64,000 nt of DNA from Elusimicrobiota bacterium (lineage in GTDB: Bacteria > Elusimicrobiota > Elusimicrobia > F11). Below, one piece after another: positions 18,748-27,896 of the stretch. The position numbers and the translations under genes are program-made. The stretch covers positions 96,001 through 160,000 of the forward strand of contig JBGAON010000003.1 in NCBI GenBank assembly GCA_044221725.1. The letters are read 5' to 3'. Within the stretch, counting starts at the first letter, position 1, and the number at the start of each line of letters is the position of its first letter. Below the pieces are notes generated by a model. It was not told the origin of the DNA and did no database searches. It saw nothing but the letters and a program-made list of their open reading frames with translations.

Positions 18748-19448
18748 TGTCGCGAATCGATCTGCGCAAAGGACTGTTGTTGCTTGCGTTTGGGTTTGTG
18801 TTCGTGGTTTCACAAATACAATTGCAGCGGACATACCGGTTGCCGTTCCCGCCTTTAAGCGCACTGGAGACGGGTCCGAATACCCTGCAGGACGTTTCGT
18901 TTATTTTGACCGGATTTCGTCGGCTGGCCGCCGATGCGGCGTGGGTGCAACTGCTCCAAGGGATGGGCGATTACGGAAACGACGAGGTGCGATCCACGAA
19001 AAGTTATCCTCATCTTAAGCGTGACACGCTGCGAGTCACGCGTATCGACCCCTATTTCCAGAAAGCCTACTTGTTCGGCGCGGCCACCTTGGCGTGGCTG
19101 AAAAGCACGAACCGCCCGGACGAAGCGATTGAACTGATTTCAGAGGGTGTCCGGTACAACCCGACATTTTGGCCGCTACGCACGTACGCCGCCGGAATTG
19201 GCTACATGAAGAAAAATCAGCTCGGCAGTATGGTTCGCATACTTGAAGATGCGACGTCGGATCCCGATTGTCCAACGATTGTGAAATCAATTTTGGCGAA
19301 CTCTTACAAATTGCAAAAACGGTACGCTGACGCGTTGGCCATCTGGCGTGAGATTCTGTCGTCAGAAAAAGGCCGGGATTATCACGATCGCGCGCGGGAA
19401 GAAATCGCTAAGTTGGAAGTTCTTTTAAGTGAAACGCCCGCGCGTTAA
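18747..19448 (+). CDS. Membrane-anchored TPR-like protein (PilG/XapA-like)
   Basis: N-terminal TM; RRLAADAAW, TRIDPYF..AY and GVRYNP..W helical repeats; follows the ABC pair. Confidence 0.6.
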   Translation: MSRIDLRKGLLLLAFGFVFVVSQIQLQRTYRLPFPPLSALETGPNTLQDVSFILTGFRRLAADAAWVQLLQGMGDYGNDEVRSTKSYPHLKRDTLRVTRIDPYFQKAYLFGAATLAWLKSTNRPDEAIELISEGVRYNPTFWPLRTYAAGIGYMKKNQLGSMVRILEDATSDPDCPTIVKSILANSYKLQKRYADALAIWREILSSEKGRDYHDRAREEIAKLEVLLSETPAR

Positions 19449-20431
19449 TTCATCCAAAATTCTTTTTGCCGAATCGCTATGTCGGCCAGCGCTTCGATAA
19501 AAACCGGATAATTGTTTAGCCCCGGTACCCGACGGAATTCTTTGATTCCAGCCTCCCTCGCCTCCTCTGCTAATTCCTGATCCAGCTCGTACAGGGTTTC
19601 AATGTGATCGGTCACGAACGCGATCGGAGCGACCAGAACCTGCTTCGCTCCTTGCTGACCAAGTTCGAGGATCACTTTTTCGGTGGACGGTCCGAGCCAT
19701 TTCACGGGGCCGAGTTTTGATTGCCATCCCAATGTCCATGGTCCATTCCAGTTGGCTTTTTCGAGAATACTTTTTACGGTTTGTTCGACTTGATCGCGGT
19801 AAGGATCTCCCATTTTTGTGACGAGGTTTTCCGGAATTGAATGAGCCGAGAACACCAAATGAATATTCTTGTGTGACGGATCTGAAAAACTGTGCGCAAT
19901 CGAACGAATGAGATCAGCATGCGCTTGTATAAATTTTGGGTGCGTCGCCCACGAACGAACTTCAAACAACGAGGCCTGCGGCGCCCATTTTTTGACAGCG
20001 ACCGATGTGCGGTCGAGCGCGCCTTTCGTTGTTGTCAGCGAAAATTGCGGATAGAGTGGGAAAGCCAAAATCTTTTTTACGCCGTTTCTGCTGAGGTCTT
20101 TCACAACGTCTTCCACAAGCGGATCCGAACAAGTGAAAGCAGTCCGCACGTCGGCTTGTAGGCCGCTAGCAGACAGCGCTGCGCGTGTGGCGTTTGCTTG
20201 TTCGTCTGTGAGCCGGCGAATCGGAGAGCCGCCGCCAATCTTCTCGTACATGAGACGGGACTCTTTTTCGCGCATGGTCGAGATGGCCCACGCCACAAAT
20301 TTTCGCAATGGCGTGAATTTGATTCGAATAATTTCCGGATCGCTGAACAATCGATAAAGAAAAGGCCGAACGTCTTTTTGCTTTTCGGGACCACCGAGAT
20401 TTAGGAAAAGAATTGCACGTTTGAGTTCCAT
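19445..20431 (-). CDS. hemH: Ferrochelatase
   Basis: LNLGGP, GGGSP, PLYPQFS, FSAHS, WQSKLGP..WL and FVTDHIETLYE motifs. Confidence 0.97.
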   Translation of the reverse strand: MELKRAILFLNLGGPEKQKDVRPFLYRLFSDPEIIRIKFTPLRKFVAWAISTMREKESRLMYEKIGGGSPIRRLTDEQANATRAALSASGLQADVRTAFTCSDPLVEDVVKDLSRNGVKKILAFPLYPQFSLTTTKGALDRTSVAVKKWAPQASLFEVRSWATHPKFIQAHADLIRSIAHSFSDPSHKNIHLVFSAHSIPENLVTKMGDPYRDQVEQTVKSILEKANWNGPWTLGWQSKLGPVKWLGPSTEKVILELGQQGAKQVLVAPIAFVTDHIETLYELDQELAEEAREAGIKEFRRVPGLNNYPVFIEALADIAIRQKEFWMN

Positions 20432-20496
20432 TGGCTTGGTGATACAAAAATTGTATGCCACCAGTTCATAAATTCAAATTCAGGAGTTTAATTTTC

Positions 20497-20649
20497 ATGA
20501 GTCATCGCACAAAAAGCGGCCAGAAGCGCAAACGTCACGCCAACGATCAACGTTGGAAACGGCGTTTGAAACGCAAAAAAGCCGCGCTGATTGCGGAAGG
20601 CAAGATTAAGAAAGGTGTTGCCCCCGTTTCCAGCCAACCCAATTCTTAA
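20497..20649 (+). CDS. Small highly basic protein (50 aa)
   Basis: SD CAGGAG upstream; MSHRTKSGQKRKRHANDQRWKRRLKRKK; occupies its own intergenic space. Confidence 0.65.
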   Translation: MSHRTKSGQKRKRHANDQRWKRRLKRKKAALIAEGKIKKGVAPVSSQPNS

Positions 20650-20795
20650 TAAGCGGATTGAATTTCCGCCTCAAACCCCTTACGCTTGGAATCAAATCGA
20701 CAGTCTAAGCCGCACGCCAAAAAGTGGCGGAGCAGCGCGGATTGTTCGGTTTCGATTCTATGCGTCGCTCGGAGCAGAAAAATAACATCTCTTTA

Positions 20796-22241
20796 ATGCC
20801 GCGCCGGTCATTCGACGGGCGTTCCGGCGTTATTAAGCTCACCTCTCCTCGACCCATCTGGAAAAAGAATCCACACCGATGGCTTCCGGCGCTGTTATTC
20901 GCGTTGCTGCTGGTGTTGGTCCTTGCGTTGTTCGGACACGCGTCGCCACCATCGAGCCGCGGTGCACGTCCCATTGCCCTTGGCAATGGATACACGGCTG
21001 AATCCGGGGATATCTACTCGCTTTTCTACAACCCGGCGGGTCTCTACGAAATTAATCAACAAGAATTCACTTCCGATTATGGACGTTCTTACAGTGAAGG
21101 TGAATCGGCGCGATCCGATTTTAATTTCATGTACGCGACCCCGTACCGGTTCAAAGACCAAAATTATCCTATTGGCGTTGGGCTTTACGAAGAAAGTCCC
21201 GCTCCGGGAGCCCACATTATTGATCTCACCGCCGGCACCGCAGGCGATGCCCCGCTCGAACAGTGGACGAAGGGCATTCTTAAATTTCCGGCCAAAGTCG
21301 GGCTTGCCGCAACGTTGCGTCAACAACACGGAAGCGATGTGTCCGATCGCGTGGGAAAGTCTTCTTTGGGACTTGGCTTGACGGGTGGATTTCTTTTCCC
21401 AATCAATCGCAAATTGCAGGCCGGTCTCGCGATTCGTCGTCTTTTTAATCCGGGCGCCGATTCCGAGGGACCTTCGCTGAACGGCGGAGTTCGTTTTCGG
21501 TACGCCGATTATCTTCATATGTACGGTGATATCGAATTTTCGAGCGGTGGTATTTGGAGCATTCATCCAGGTTTTGAATGGTTGCTTGCGCGCGGCGTCT
21601 TGCGTCCACGGCTGGGATGGGGTTTTCATGACACGGGCGGAATCGATCTTTTGGCCACCGGTATCGGGTTTTATGTGTCGCCGATGCAAATCGACGTTAG
21701 CTACCTGATCCCGTTAAAGACGGTAAACGATAACGCCGGGCAGTTCCGCGCCTCGTTCAGTTATCGGTTTGGTCGACCTCAGTTTTCCGAAATTTATTAC
21801 GACCGGGCACTTGAACAGGCCAGTCAATTGGATCAGAGCGTCGTCATCATGACGTCGAAAGAAGCGGAGCTCAAAGCATCATTGGCCGAGCTCGAACAGA
21901 AAAAACGGATTGCCAAAGAAGAGCTCGATAACGCGAAAGCGCGAATCGAAGCGTTGAAGAATCAAGATTTGCTGGGCGAACGCGATGCGGTAATTCGCGA
22001 CTTGAAGGTACGCATTCGGGATTTGGAGTCAAACCTGTCGTCGGAGCGAGGAACGTTAAAAGCGATCCGTCAAAAACAAGCAACGGTGCGCACGCACAAA
22101 GTGTCGGCCGGCGAAACGCTGCAGAGCATCGCGCGCGATTACTACGGCGATCCGAACCAATGGAAGAAAATCTACACGGCGAACTCCGACAAGATCGAAC
22201 GTGGGTTGCCGAAAACCGGTTCAACACTGGTTATTCCATGA
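20796..22241 (+). CDS. PorV/FadL-like beta-barrel plus coiled coil plus LysM (start uncertain)
   Basis: Signal-like hydrophobic run; GARPIALG...YNPAGL; barrel ends FSYRFG; C-terminal HKVSAGETLQSIA..YYG...WKKIY.AN (LysM). Confidence 0.8.
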   Translation: MPRRSFDGRSGVIKLTSPRPIWKKNPHRWLPALLFALLLVLVLALFGHASPPSSRGARPIALGNGYTAESGDIYSLFYNPAGLYEINQQEFTSDYGRSYSEGESARSDFNFMYATPYRFKDQNYPIGVGLYEESPAPGAHIIDLTAGTAGDAPLEQWTKGILKFPAKVGLAATLRQQHGSDVSDRVGKSSLGLGLTGGFLFPINRKLQAGLAIRRLFNPGADSEGPSLNGGVRFRYADYLHMYGDIEFSSGGIWSIHPGFEWLLARGVLRPRLGWGFHDTGGIDLLATGIGFYVSPMQIDVSYLIPLKTVNDNAGQFRASFSYRFGRPQFSEIYYDRALEQASQLDQSVVIMTSKEAELKASLAELEQKKRIAKEELDNAKARIEALKNQDLLGERDAVIRDLKVRIRDLESNLSSERGTLKAIRQKQATVRTHKVSAGETLQSIARDYYGDPNQWKKIYTANSDKIERGLPKTGSTLVIP

Positions 22242-23632
22242 TCAAAATCTCCGGTGATTGGCAGGCGGAGCTGCGAAAGTTTAAGGAGTCGCTTGCCAAA
22301 CGGTTGTGGGCGCTTCCGACGGTAACCGAAACCGAAAAAGAGATGGTATTTAAAGAATATCTTTCCGATCTCGATGCGTTTGAAAAAGCCATGAACGCGT
22401 TCACGGAGGCAAATCAATCGCAACAGAAAGTATGGAAAGATGAAAATGATCTTCTTCGTTCGTTGCTTGGCGTCAGTGAGGACGAACTCAAAATGCAGGC
22501 GCTTACGCTGGCGCAAGATAAAAAGAATCTCGAGAGAGAAAAGACCGACGCATCCGAAGAATCTGTGGAATTGCGACGTCGCAACGACGAACTTAACACC
22601 GAAAACGAACATCTGAGAAAACGGTTGCACGAGTTTGAAGAACAGGCCGATCACTTTCGAGTTCAACAGCTGCGTATGCGAGAGAATGATATTCGATTCT
22701 TTGCCGAGGGCCAGGACGCGTTAAAAAGCCAAGTAAAAGATTTGGAAAGTCGCATTGGGAATCTACGCACGCTGTTCGCGGATGCGAGTGAAAAATATGT
22801 TTCAGAAAAACAAGAAGAGATCGGCCTTCTTCAGAAAAAACTTCTCGACGAAATGCAGGAAACATTGAAACGCAAGCAGCAGCTCTCGTGGAGCGAAGAA
22901 GACATGTTTGCGAAAGGAGTGGCGCAGCGCGTCCGCACGACGCTCGTTTCGGCCCAAGGACAGCTGTTTCTCACGCTCGAGCGATTGGGGCTGCTGGATC
23001 CGCAAAACAAGAGCGAAAGTTTTTGGAAAGCACGCCTACGCTTGCTTATGGAAGGTGCGCAGGAACTGAGCGCCAACTTCCGTGCGATTCAAACTCAAAT
23101 ACAAGACGTCACGTCAGCGCTTGATGACTATTTGCATCTCACGAATCGACGCGAAATCGTGTCTCATCCGGTGTCTCTAAGAGACATCGTTCAGAAGGAG
23201 ATGGCCGAGATATTTATGGATCGGCGTCCGACAACGTCCGTGGAATTGTTGTCCGACGATCCGATGCCCGATGTTCCCGGCGACGAAGCGCTGCTTAAGT
23301 TTGTCGTACACGAATTGCTGAAGAATGCGTTCGAAGCACTGCCAAATCAGTCGGGTCAAATTACGATTTCGCTTAAGAACCGCAGCGATCGTGGCAAGGT
23401 CCAATTCATTGTGCGAGATTCGGGATCTGGTGTTCCGGAACATCTTACTCCGAGGTTGTTTCAACCTTTTTTTTCTACGAAGCAGCATCGGCAGGGATTA
23501 AGCCTTAGTCGTGCGCGGCGGTATGTGGAGTTCCACGGCGGAACATTGACGTTTTTACCCTCTGAAAATTCGGGGGCAATGTTTCAGGTCGAACTGCCAC
23601 TGGAAGGAAGGAAATTGCCTTGGGTCGCGTAA
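22238..23632 (+). CDS. Cytoplasmic coiled-coil histidine-kinase-like protein lacking the H-box His
   Basis: HATPase boxes ELLKNAFEA, DSGSGV and LFQPFFSTK; H-box region reads GVAQRVRTTL; G2 box degenerate (QGLSLS). Confidence 0.75.
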   Translation: MIKISGDWQAELRKFKESLAKRLWALPTVTETEKEMVFKEYLSDLDAFEKAMNAFTEANQSQQKVWKDENDLLRSLLGVSEDELKMQALTLAQDKKNLEREKTDASEESVELRRRNDELNTENEHLRKRLHEFEEQADHFRVQQLRMRENDIRFFAEGQDALKSQVKDLESRIGNLRTLFADASEKYVSEKQEEIGLLQKKLLDEMQETLKRKQQLSWSEEDMFAKGVAQRVRTTLVSAQGQLFLTLERLGLLDPQNKSESFWKARLRLLMEGAQELSANFRAIQTQIQDVTSALDDYLHLTNRREIVSHPVSLRDIVQKEMAEIFMDRRPTTSVELLSDDPMPDVPGDEALLKFVVHELLKNAFEALPNQSGQITISLKNRSDRGKVQFIVRDSGSGVPEHLTPRLFQPFFSTKQHRQGLSLSRARRYVEFHGGTLTFLPSENSGAMFQVELPLEGRKLPWVA

Positions 23633-24780
23633 TGCTCGTGGGGTTTTCGAACCGCGAAGAAAAAAATGTTGTCACGTATTTTAGAACGGTCGGTGTCGAA
23701 TGCGAAACCTTGCCAAAAATTGAGAACGCCATCGAACGGTTGTCTGCAAATCCTCCCACGTTAATCATTACGAAAAAGCCCGATCAAATTGAAAGTTTGT
23801 ACGGACTCAAATCCGTGTTGCAAACGAGTTCGCCAACCACCCCGTTTCTCGTCGTGCTGCCAGAAGCAAAAGCGTCGGAAGGTCTCGCGAGCATGAACGC
23901 GGGAGCATACGATTGTCTTTCAAATTCACTCGATCGGTTTCATGTTCTCGCCGCAGCGAAACGAGCGACGGCCGCGTCCGGACGAACGTTGTTCGGGGCC
24001 AAAGTAAAACGCGACAAAATGCCATGGACAAAAATGGTGTTCTGTGTGCTCGTGAGTTTTGTTGTGTGTCAAGGATTGATGGTCCGTTGGAATGGCGAAC
24101 CGGCAAAATCATTGAACCTTGCCTCGGCAACATTGTCCGGAATCCAGTGGGAAGACCGTTCGTTGTGGGTGGGAAATTGGTTCGAATCGACGATCACGCA
24201 TTATGTTTTGCAAAAGGGTCTGTTAGCACGTCAACGCACGCTTGTGGCCGAAGAAATTTTTCGCATGCAAGACAGCCAACCCATCCTTGTTTGCGACACG
24301 CCGGACGCGCTCGTGACGGTCGGATTCGATTTGAAAATGCGCACGCACCAGCGTGCCGTGGGTTTGCCCACTATTCAGACGGCGTCGGCCCCGGGACCAA
24401 ATCCGACCGGCATTGCCTGGGACGGCGAATATCTTTGGTCTTCCGATGGCCAGACCGGACTTCTTTATAAGCACGGCAGTGATCTGCGCGTGCTCGGGGC
24501 TGTCAAGTCCCTCATCGGCTCACCGGCCGGCCTTACATGTGATGGGCACGCTCTCTGGGTAATGGGGGGGGCACCGCTTTCGGTCGCCAAGCTTGAACGA
24601 ATTCGCGGCAATTACGTTTGGCGAGGTCCTTTTCGGCTCTCGCAGTTTTTGCCACCCGACGTTCCGCCGGCTGGAATGGCCATCGGATTTGATCGATTGT
24701 GGGTGGTCACCGGAGGAACGCCTCACATGATTTCGCGTCCACTCAAGGACATTGTTTCACAGATCGAAGGGTGGAAGTAA
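23620..24780 (+). CDS. Degenerate receiver domain plus TM plus extracytoplasmic beta-propeller
   Basis: CheY-like pattern (VMLVG, PTLII, AGAYDCL) without the acidic residues; TM; repeats SGIQWEDRSLWV, TGIAWDGEYLWS, AGLTCDGHALWV. Confidence 0.7.
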   Translation: MGRVMLVGFSNREEKNVVTYFRTVGVECETLPKIENAIERLSANPPTLIITKKPDQIESLYGLKSVLQTSSPTTPFLVVLPEAKASEGLASMNAGAYDCLSNSLDRFHVLAAAKRATAASGRTLFGAKVKRDKMPWTKMVFCVLVSFVVCQGLMVRWNGEPAKSLNLASATLSGIQWEDRSLWVGNWFESTITHYVLQKGLLARQRTLVAEEIFRMQDSQPILVCDTPDALVTVGFDLKMRTHQRAVGLPTIQTASAPGPNPTGIAWDGEYLWSSDGQTGLLYKHGSDLRVLGAVKSLIGSPAGLTCDGHALWVMGGAPLSVAKLERIRGNYVWRGPFRLSQFLPPDVPPAGMAIGFDRLWVVTGGTPHMISRPLKDIVSQIEGWK

Positions 24781-25127
24781 TGCAAATCGAACGTCGCAAG
24801 ATAACTCGATTCACCACCAGCATTCCGGTCGGGCTTCGATTTCCCGTCGGCTCTCTCAAAGAAGGTTGGGGACGAATCTTAAACTTGAGCCCGGAGGGAC
24901 TTTATCTTGAAACACAATTTCCATTAAAAGTTGCCAGCGTTCTTTATGTAAGTTTCACGCTAAAAGACGGAGCAAAGTTTGAAAATCTTCGGACCCGCGT
25001 GATTCGTGTTTCCTATTCCGAAGGCTATTTTATGGCCGGAATTGCGTTCGATGACGTTGTCGACCAGGAGACTTTGCGCGATGTGGTGGCCGCTCTGGCC
25101 TATGAAGGAGGGTTGCAAATCACATGA
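24780..25127 (+). CDS. PilZ domain protein
   Basis: ERRKITRF (RxxxR) and NLSPEG (D/NxSxxG) c-di-GMP-binding motifs. Confidence 0.88.
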   Translation: MQIERRKITRFTTSIPVGLRFPVGSLKEGWGRILNLSPEGLYLETQFPLKVASVLYVSFTLKDGAKFENLRTRVIRVSYSEGYFMAGIAFDDVVDQETLRDVVAALAYEGGLQIT

Positions 25128-25172
25128 AACGGATTTACGCTTATTGCACGTTGACTAGGGAGGAAAAGCTTT

Positions 25173-25778
25173 ATGGAACACGTTGAACGCGCCGTTGCTG
25201 GAATGAACGATGAACGCCGCAGTCGTTTTTTCGGCACCCGATTAATCAATACGCATTTTCAATTCAAATTTGGACTCGTGGTTTTCTTATTCCTGGCCGC
25301 CGTTGCACTTTTGGTCTGGATTCAAGGAAGCATTATTATTCAAAGCATGGTGTCATCGGGAGCGACCACCGACGCAATCTATTCCGCGCAGTTACGGTTC
25401 CTCAATAATATGATCGCGAAAACCTTCCTTCTCGGTATTGCATTGACCTTCGGACTTTCGCTGTTCTTCTCGCACTTTGTTGCCGGTCCCATCTACCGTT
25501 TTCAAAAGATTCTCGGAGAAATGAAAGAGGGTAAGCTAAATCTGCATGTGCAACTGCGAAAACACGATGAGCTGAAAGAGGTCGCTGATGCATTTAACCT
25601 AGCACTTTCGGGGTTGCGGAATAAGCTTCGAGAAGAACGAAACAACGCAAGTGCAATCGCGAACCAGATTGAACCGATGATTCAAAAGCTTCGGAAAGCG
25701 GGCCGAACCGCGGAAGCCAGCGAATTGGATCGAATTTACACCGAAATAAAGAATCTCCCTCCCCAAATCCAAATCTGA
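25173..25778 (+). CDS. Two-TM HAMP-domain protein without an output domain
   Basis: SD GGAGG; FQFKF, SHFVAGPIYRF and LRKHDEL..VADAFN motifs. Confidence 0.8.
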   Translation: MEHVERAVAGMNDERRSRFFGTRLINTHFQFKFGLVVFLFLAAVALLVWIQGSIIIQSMVSSGATTDAIYSAQLRFLNNMIAKTFLLGIALTFGLSLFFSHFVAGPIYRFQKILGEMKEGKLNLHVQLRKHDELKEVADAFNLALSGLRNKLREERNNASAIANQIEPMIQKLRKAGRTAEASELDRIYTEIKNLPPQIQI

Positions 25779-25827
25779 CCCGAGTTGCTTTTTGTCCGGT
25801 GCGGATTCATGCTACCATGAGTTCCTT

Positions 25828-26214
25828 ATGTTACGACGCATGTGCCGCGCGAAAATTCATCGCGCAACCATCACCGCTAGCCGCCTCGATTACGAAGGAA
25901 GCATCGAAGTAGATGAATCCCTCATGAAAGCCGCCGGCATTTTCGAACACGAAATGGTTCTCGTTGCGAATTTGGCCAATGGACATCGATTTGAGACTTA
26001 TGTCATCAAAGGCCCGGCCGGTTCCGGAGTGATCGGGCTTAACGGAGCGGCAGCGAGACTCGGTTCGCCCGGAGAGAAAGTCATCATTATGTCGGTGGCG
26101 TGGATGGAACAATCGGAAGCCAAGAAACTAAAACCCCAATTTGTGAAAGTTGATCAGCATAATCGTCTGACCGCTGTAAAAAATGAGGTCACGCGTGGCC
26201 GACCAGTCGCTTAG
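25828..26214 (+). CDS. panD: Aspartate 1-decarboxylase
   Basis: KIHRAT, YEG-S self-cleavage site, NGHRFETY and LNGAAAR motifs. Confidence 0.97.
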   Translation: MLRRMCRAKIHRATITASRLDYEGSIEVDESLMKAAGIFEHEMVLVANLANGHRFETYVIKGPAGSGVIGLNGAAARLGSPGEKVIIMSVAWMEQSEAKKLKPQFVKVDQHNRLTAVKNEVTRGRPVA

Positions 26215-26671
26215 TTCGAAGGCAAACCCGTCCGATAAAAAAGTTCTCATCGTGGACGACGATGAGGCCATCGTTACGATGATGAAAATTGCTTTCTCGG
26301 TAGAAGGCTTTGATGTGGCAACCGCGCGCGACGGCCGGAACATTCTAAAGAAAGCCCTCGAGTACAGCCCGGACCTGATTATTTGCGATCTTATGATGCC
26401 CGGAGATGGCGGCTACGAAGTGCTGCGATCGCTTCAGGGGGATCCTGCGACGATGAAGGTGCCGGTGCTCATCATGACCGGTTCGAGTATGGCAGCCTCG
26501 ACCAAAAGTGTGATGCTGCAAGAATCCAACCTCGCCGGATATTTCGAGAAGCCGGTCCGTCCCGAAACTCTCATCAAAGAAACCCACAAATTATTGAATA
26601 CACTCTCTAGCCAAGAAGCGCGCGCGCAGAAGCGAGAAGAGCCGCCGAACCAACTCTGGGAAAAATTCTGA
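26195..26671 (+). CDS. Single-domain response regulator
   Basis: VLIVDDD, CDLMMP (phospho-Asp), MTG and EKP motifs; GTG start after GAGG. Confidence 0.9.
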   Translation: MADQSLSSKANPSDKKVLIVDDDEAIVTMMKIAFSVEGFDVATARDGRNILKKALEYSPDLIICDLMMPGDGGYEVLRSLQGDPATMKVPVLIMTGSSMAASTKSVMLQESNLAGYFEKPVRPETLIKETHKLLNTLSSQEARAQKREEPPNQLWEKF

Positions 26672-27145
26672 ATGATGACGTGGCTCCGCTCACGCTGGGC
26701 TCAAAATCTACTCGTGGTGCTGATGGGTGTCATCGGGGTCTATTCGTTGGTTCTCATCGACGTGGTTTCGCGAGCGAAAGAATCGTATGCCCAGGCCGAA
26801 ACCTACATGGAATGGTCCCGAAATCCGGAAAAAAAGAAACAGTTTTTTGAAAAAAAGTTTGAAACCTCCAAAGCAAAACTCGACAAAATGCTTTCCGAAA
26901 AGAAGATTCCTGACGATGCGTACAAAGAAAAACTTGAGTCATTAGTATTTGATCGAGATTTTTCGATAAACGAATCTTCGCTAAAGTACGCCTACCAGTA
27001 TTACAAAGACACCTACGAGTTGTTCAGCCCTCCCGAATCGAAGTGGGTGAAGCTGGCCCGCGTAAAAACTCCTGAAACATTGGAGTTGTGGAAACAAGAG
27101 CTGCGTGCGCAAAATATTCCGTTCGAAGACACGATGTTCGAATAA
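26672..27145 (+). CDS. Membrane-anchored hypothetical protein
   Basis: N-terminal TM followed by a helical charged domain; abuts its neighbours. Confidence 0.7.
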   Translation: MMTWLRSRWAQNLLVVLMGVIGVYSLVLIDVVSRAKESYAQAETYMEWSRNPEKKKQFFEKKFETSKAKLDKMLSEKKIPDDAYKEKLESLVFDRDFSINESSLKYAYQYYKDTYELFSPPESKWVKLARVKTPETLELWKQELRAQNIPFEDTMFE

Positions 27146-27896
27146 GCCAAAGCGCTTTCGCTTCGTCACCGTAAAAAAAGCCGCGAAAAAAATCTCGTAT
27201 TGGTTTTTTGCATTGGCTCTTTTACCGACGTTGTGCGGGGCCGTGCATCAAACGGGCCGAATGGTGCCAATGGTTATGCAGGAGGGGTGGCGCGCGTGGG
27301 GACTGTATGCGGCCGGCATGCTCACGTACGTATTGATCGAGCGATTTGTAGCGAAACCGATGTGGCTTTATGTTTTCGGCCATGAGCTGACACACGTTGT
27401 TTCTGGCGTGCTTTCCGGCGCAAAAATCCATTCGTTTAAAGCCAAGTCGACTGGAGGGGAAGTGCGTTTGTCGAAATCCAATGCATTTATCGCATTGTCA
27501 CCCTATATATTTCCGCTTTACGCGCTCATCATGCTCGGTGTGTACGCGATTACGCACCATTGGTGGAATCCGCCGCAGTTGTTCCCGGTGTTTCAATATT
27601 TGCTCGGCGTCGCCATTGCGTTTCATATTTCATTGACGATATCGGCGATTCACAAGCACCAACCGGATTTAAAAGTGCTGGGGCATTTTTTATCGGGTGT
27701 ATTGATCGCACTGGGGAACGTACTGATATTGGCTATGCTGGGCATGAGCCTCTTTTCGCGGACACCGACCGTGCGTACGTTTTCAACGGCGGTGGGAAGC
27801 GATACGATTCATGTGTGGCAATGGACCGCCCACCACGTGTATCGTGGTTCGCTGGCGGGATACAGCTTTATAAAGGAGCAACAATGGACCCGTTGA
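27105..27896 (+). CDS. M50B-like membrane metallopeptidase (start uncertain)
   Basis: HELTH inside a hydrophobic segment; I.LSPY..P; later QPDL Asp. Confidence 0.7.
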   Translation: MRKIFRSKTRCSNKPKRFRFVTVKKAAKKISYWFFALALLPTLCGAVHQTGRMVPMVMQEGWRAWGLYAAGMLTYVLIERFVAKPMWLYVFGHELTHVVSGVLSGAKIHSFKAKSTGGEVRLSKSNAFIALSPYIFPLYALIMLGVYAITHHWWNPPQLFPVFQYLLGVAIAFHISLTISAIHKHQPDLKVLGHFLSGVLIALGNVLILAMLGMSLFSRTPTVRTFSTAVGSDTIHVWQWTAHHVYRGSLAGYSFIKEQQWTR

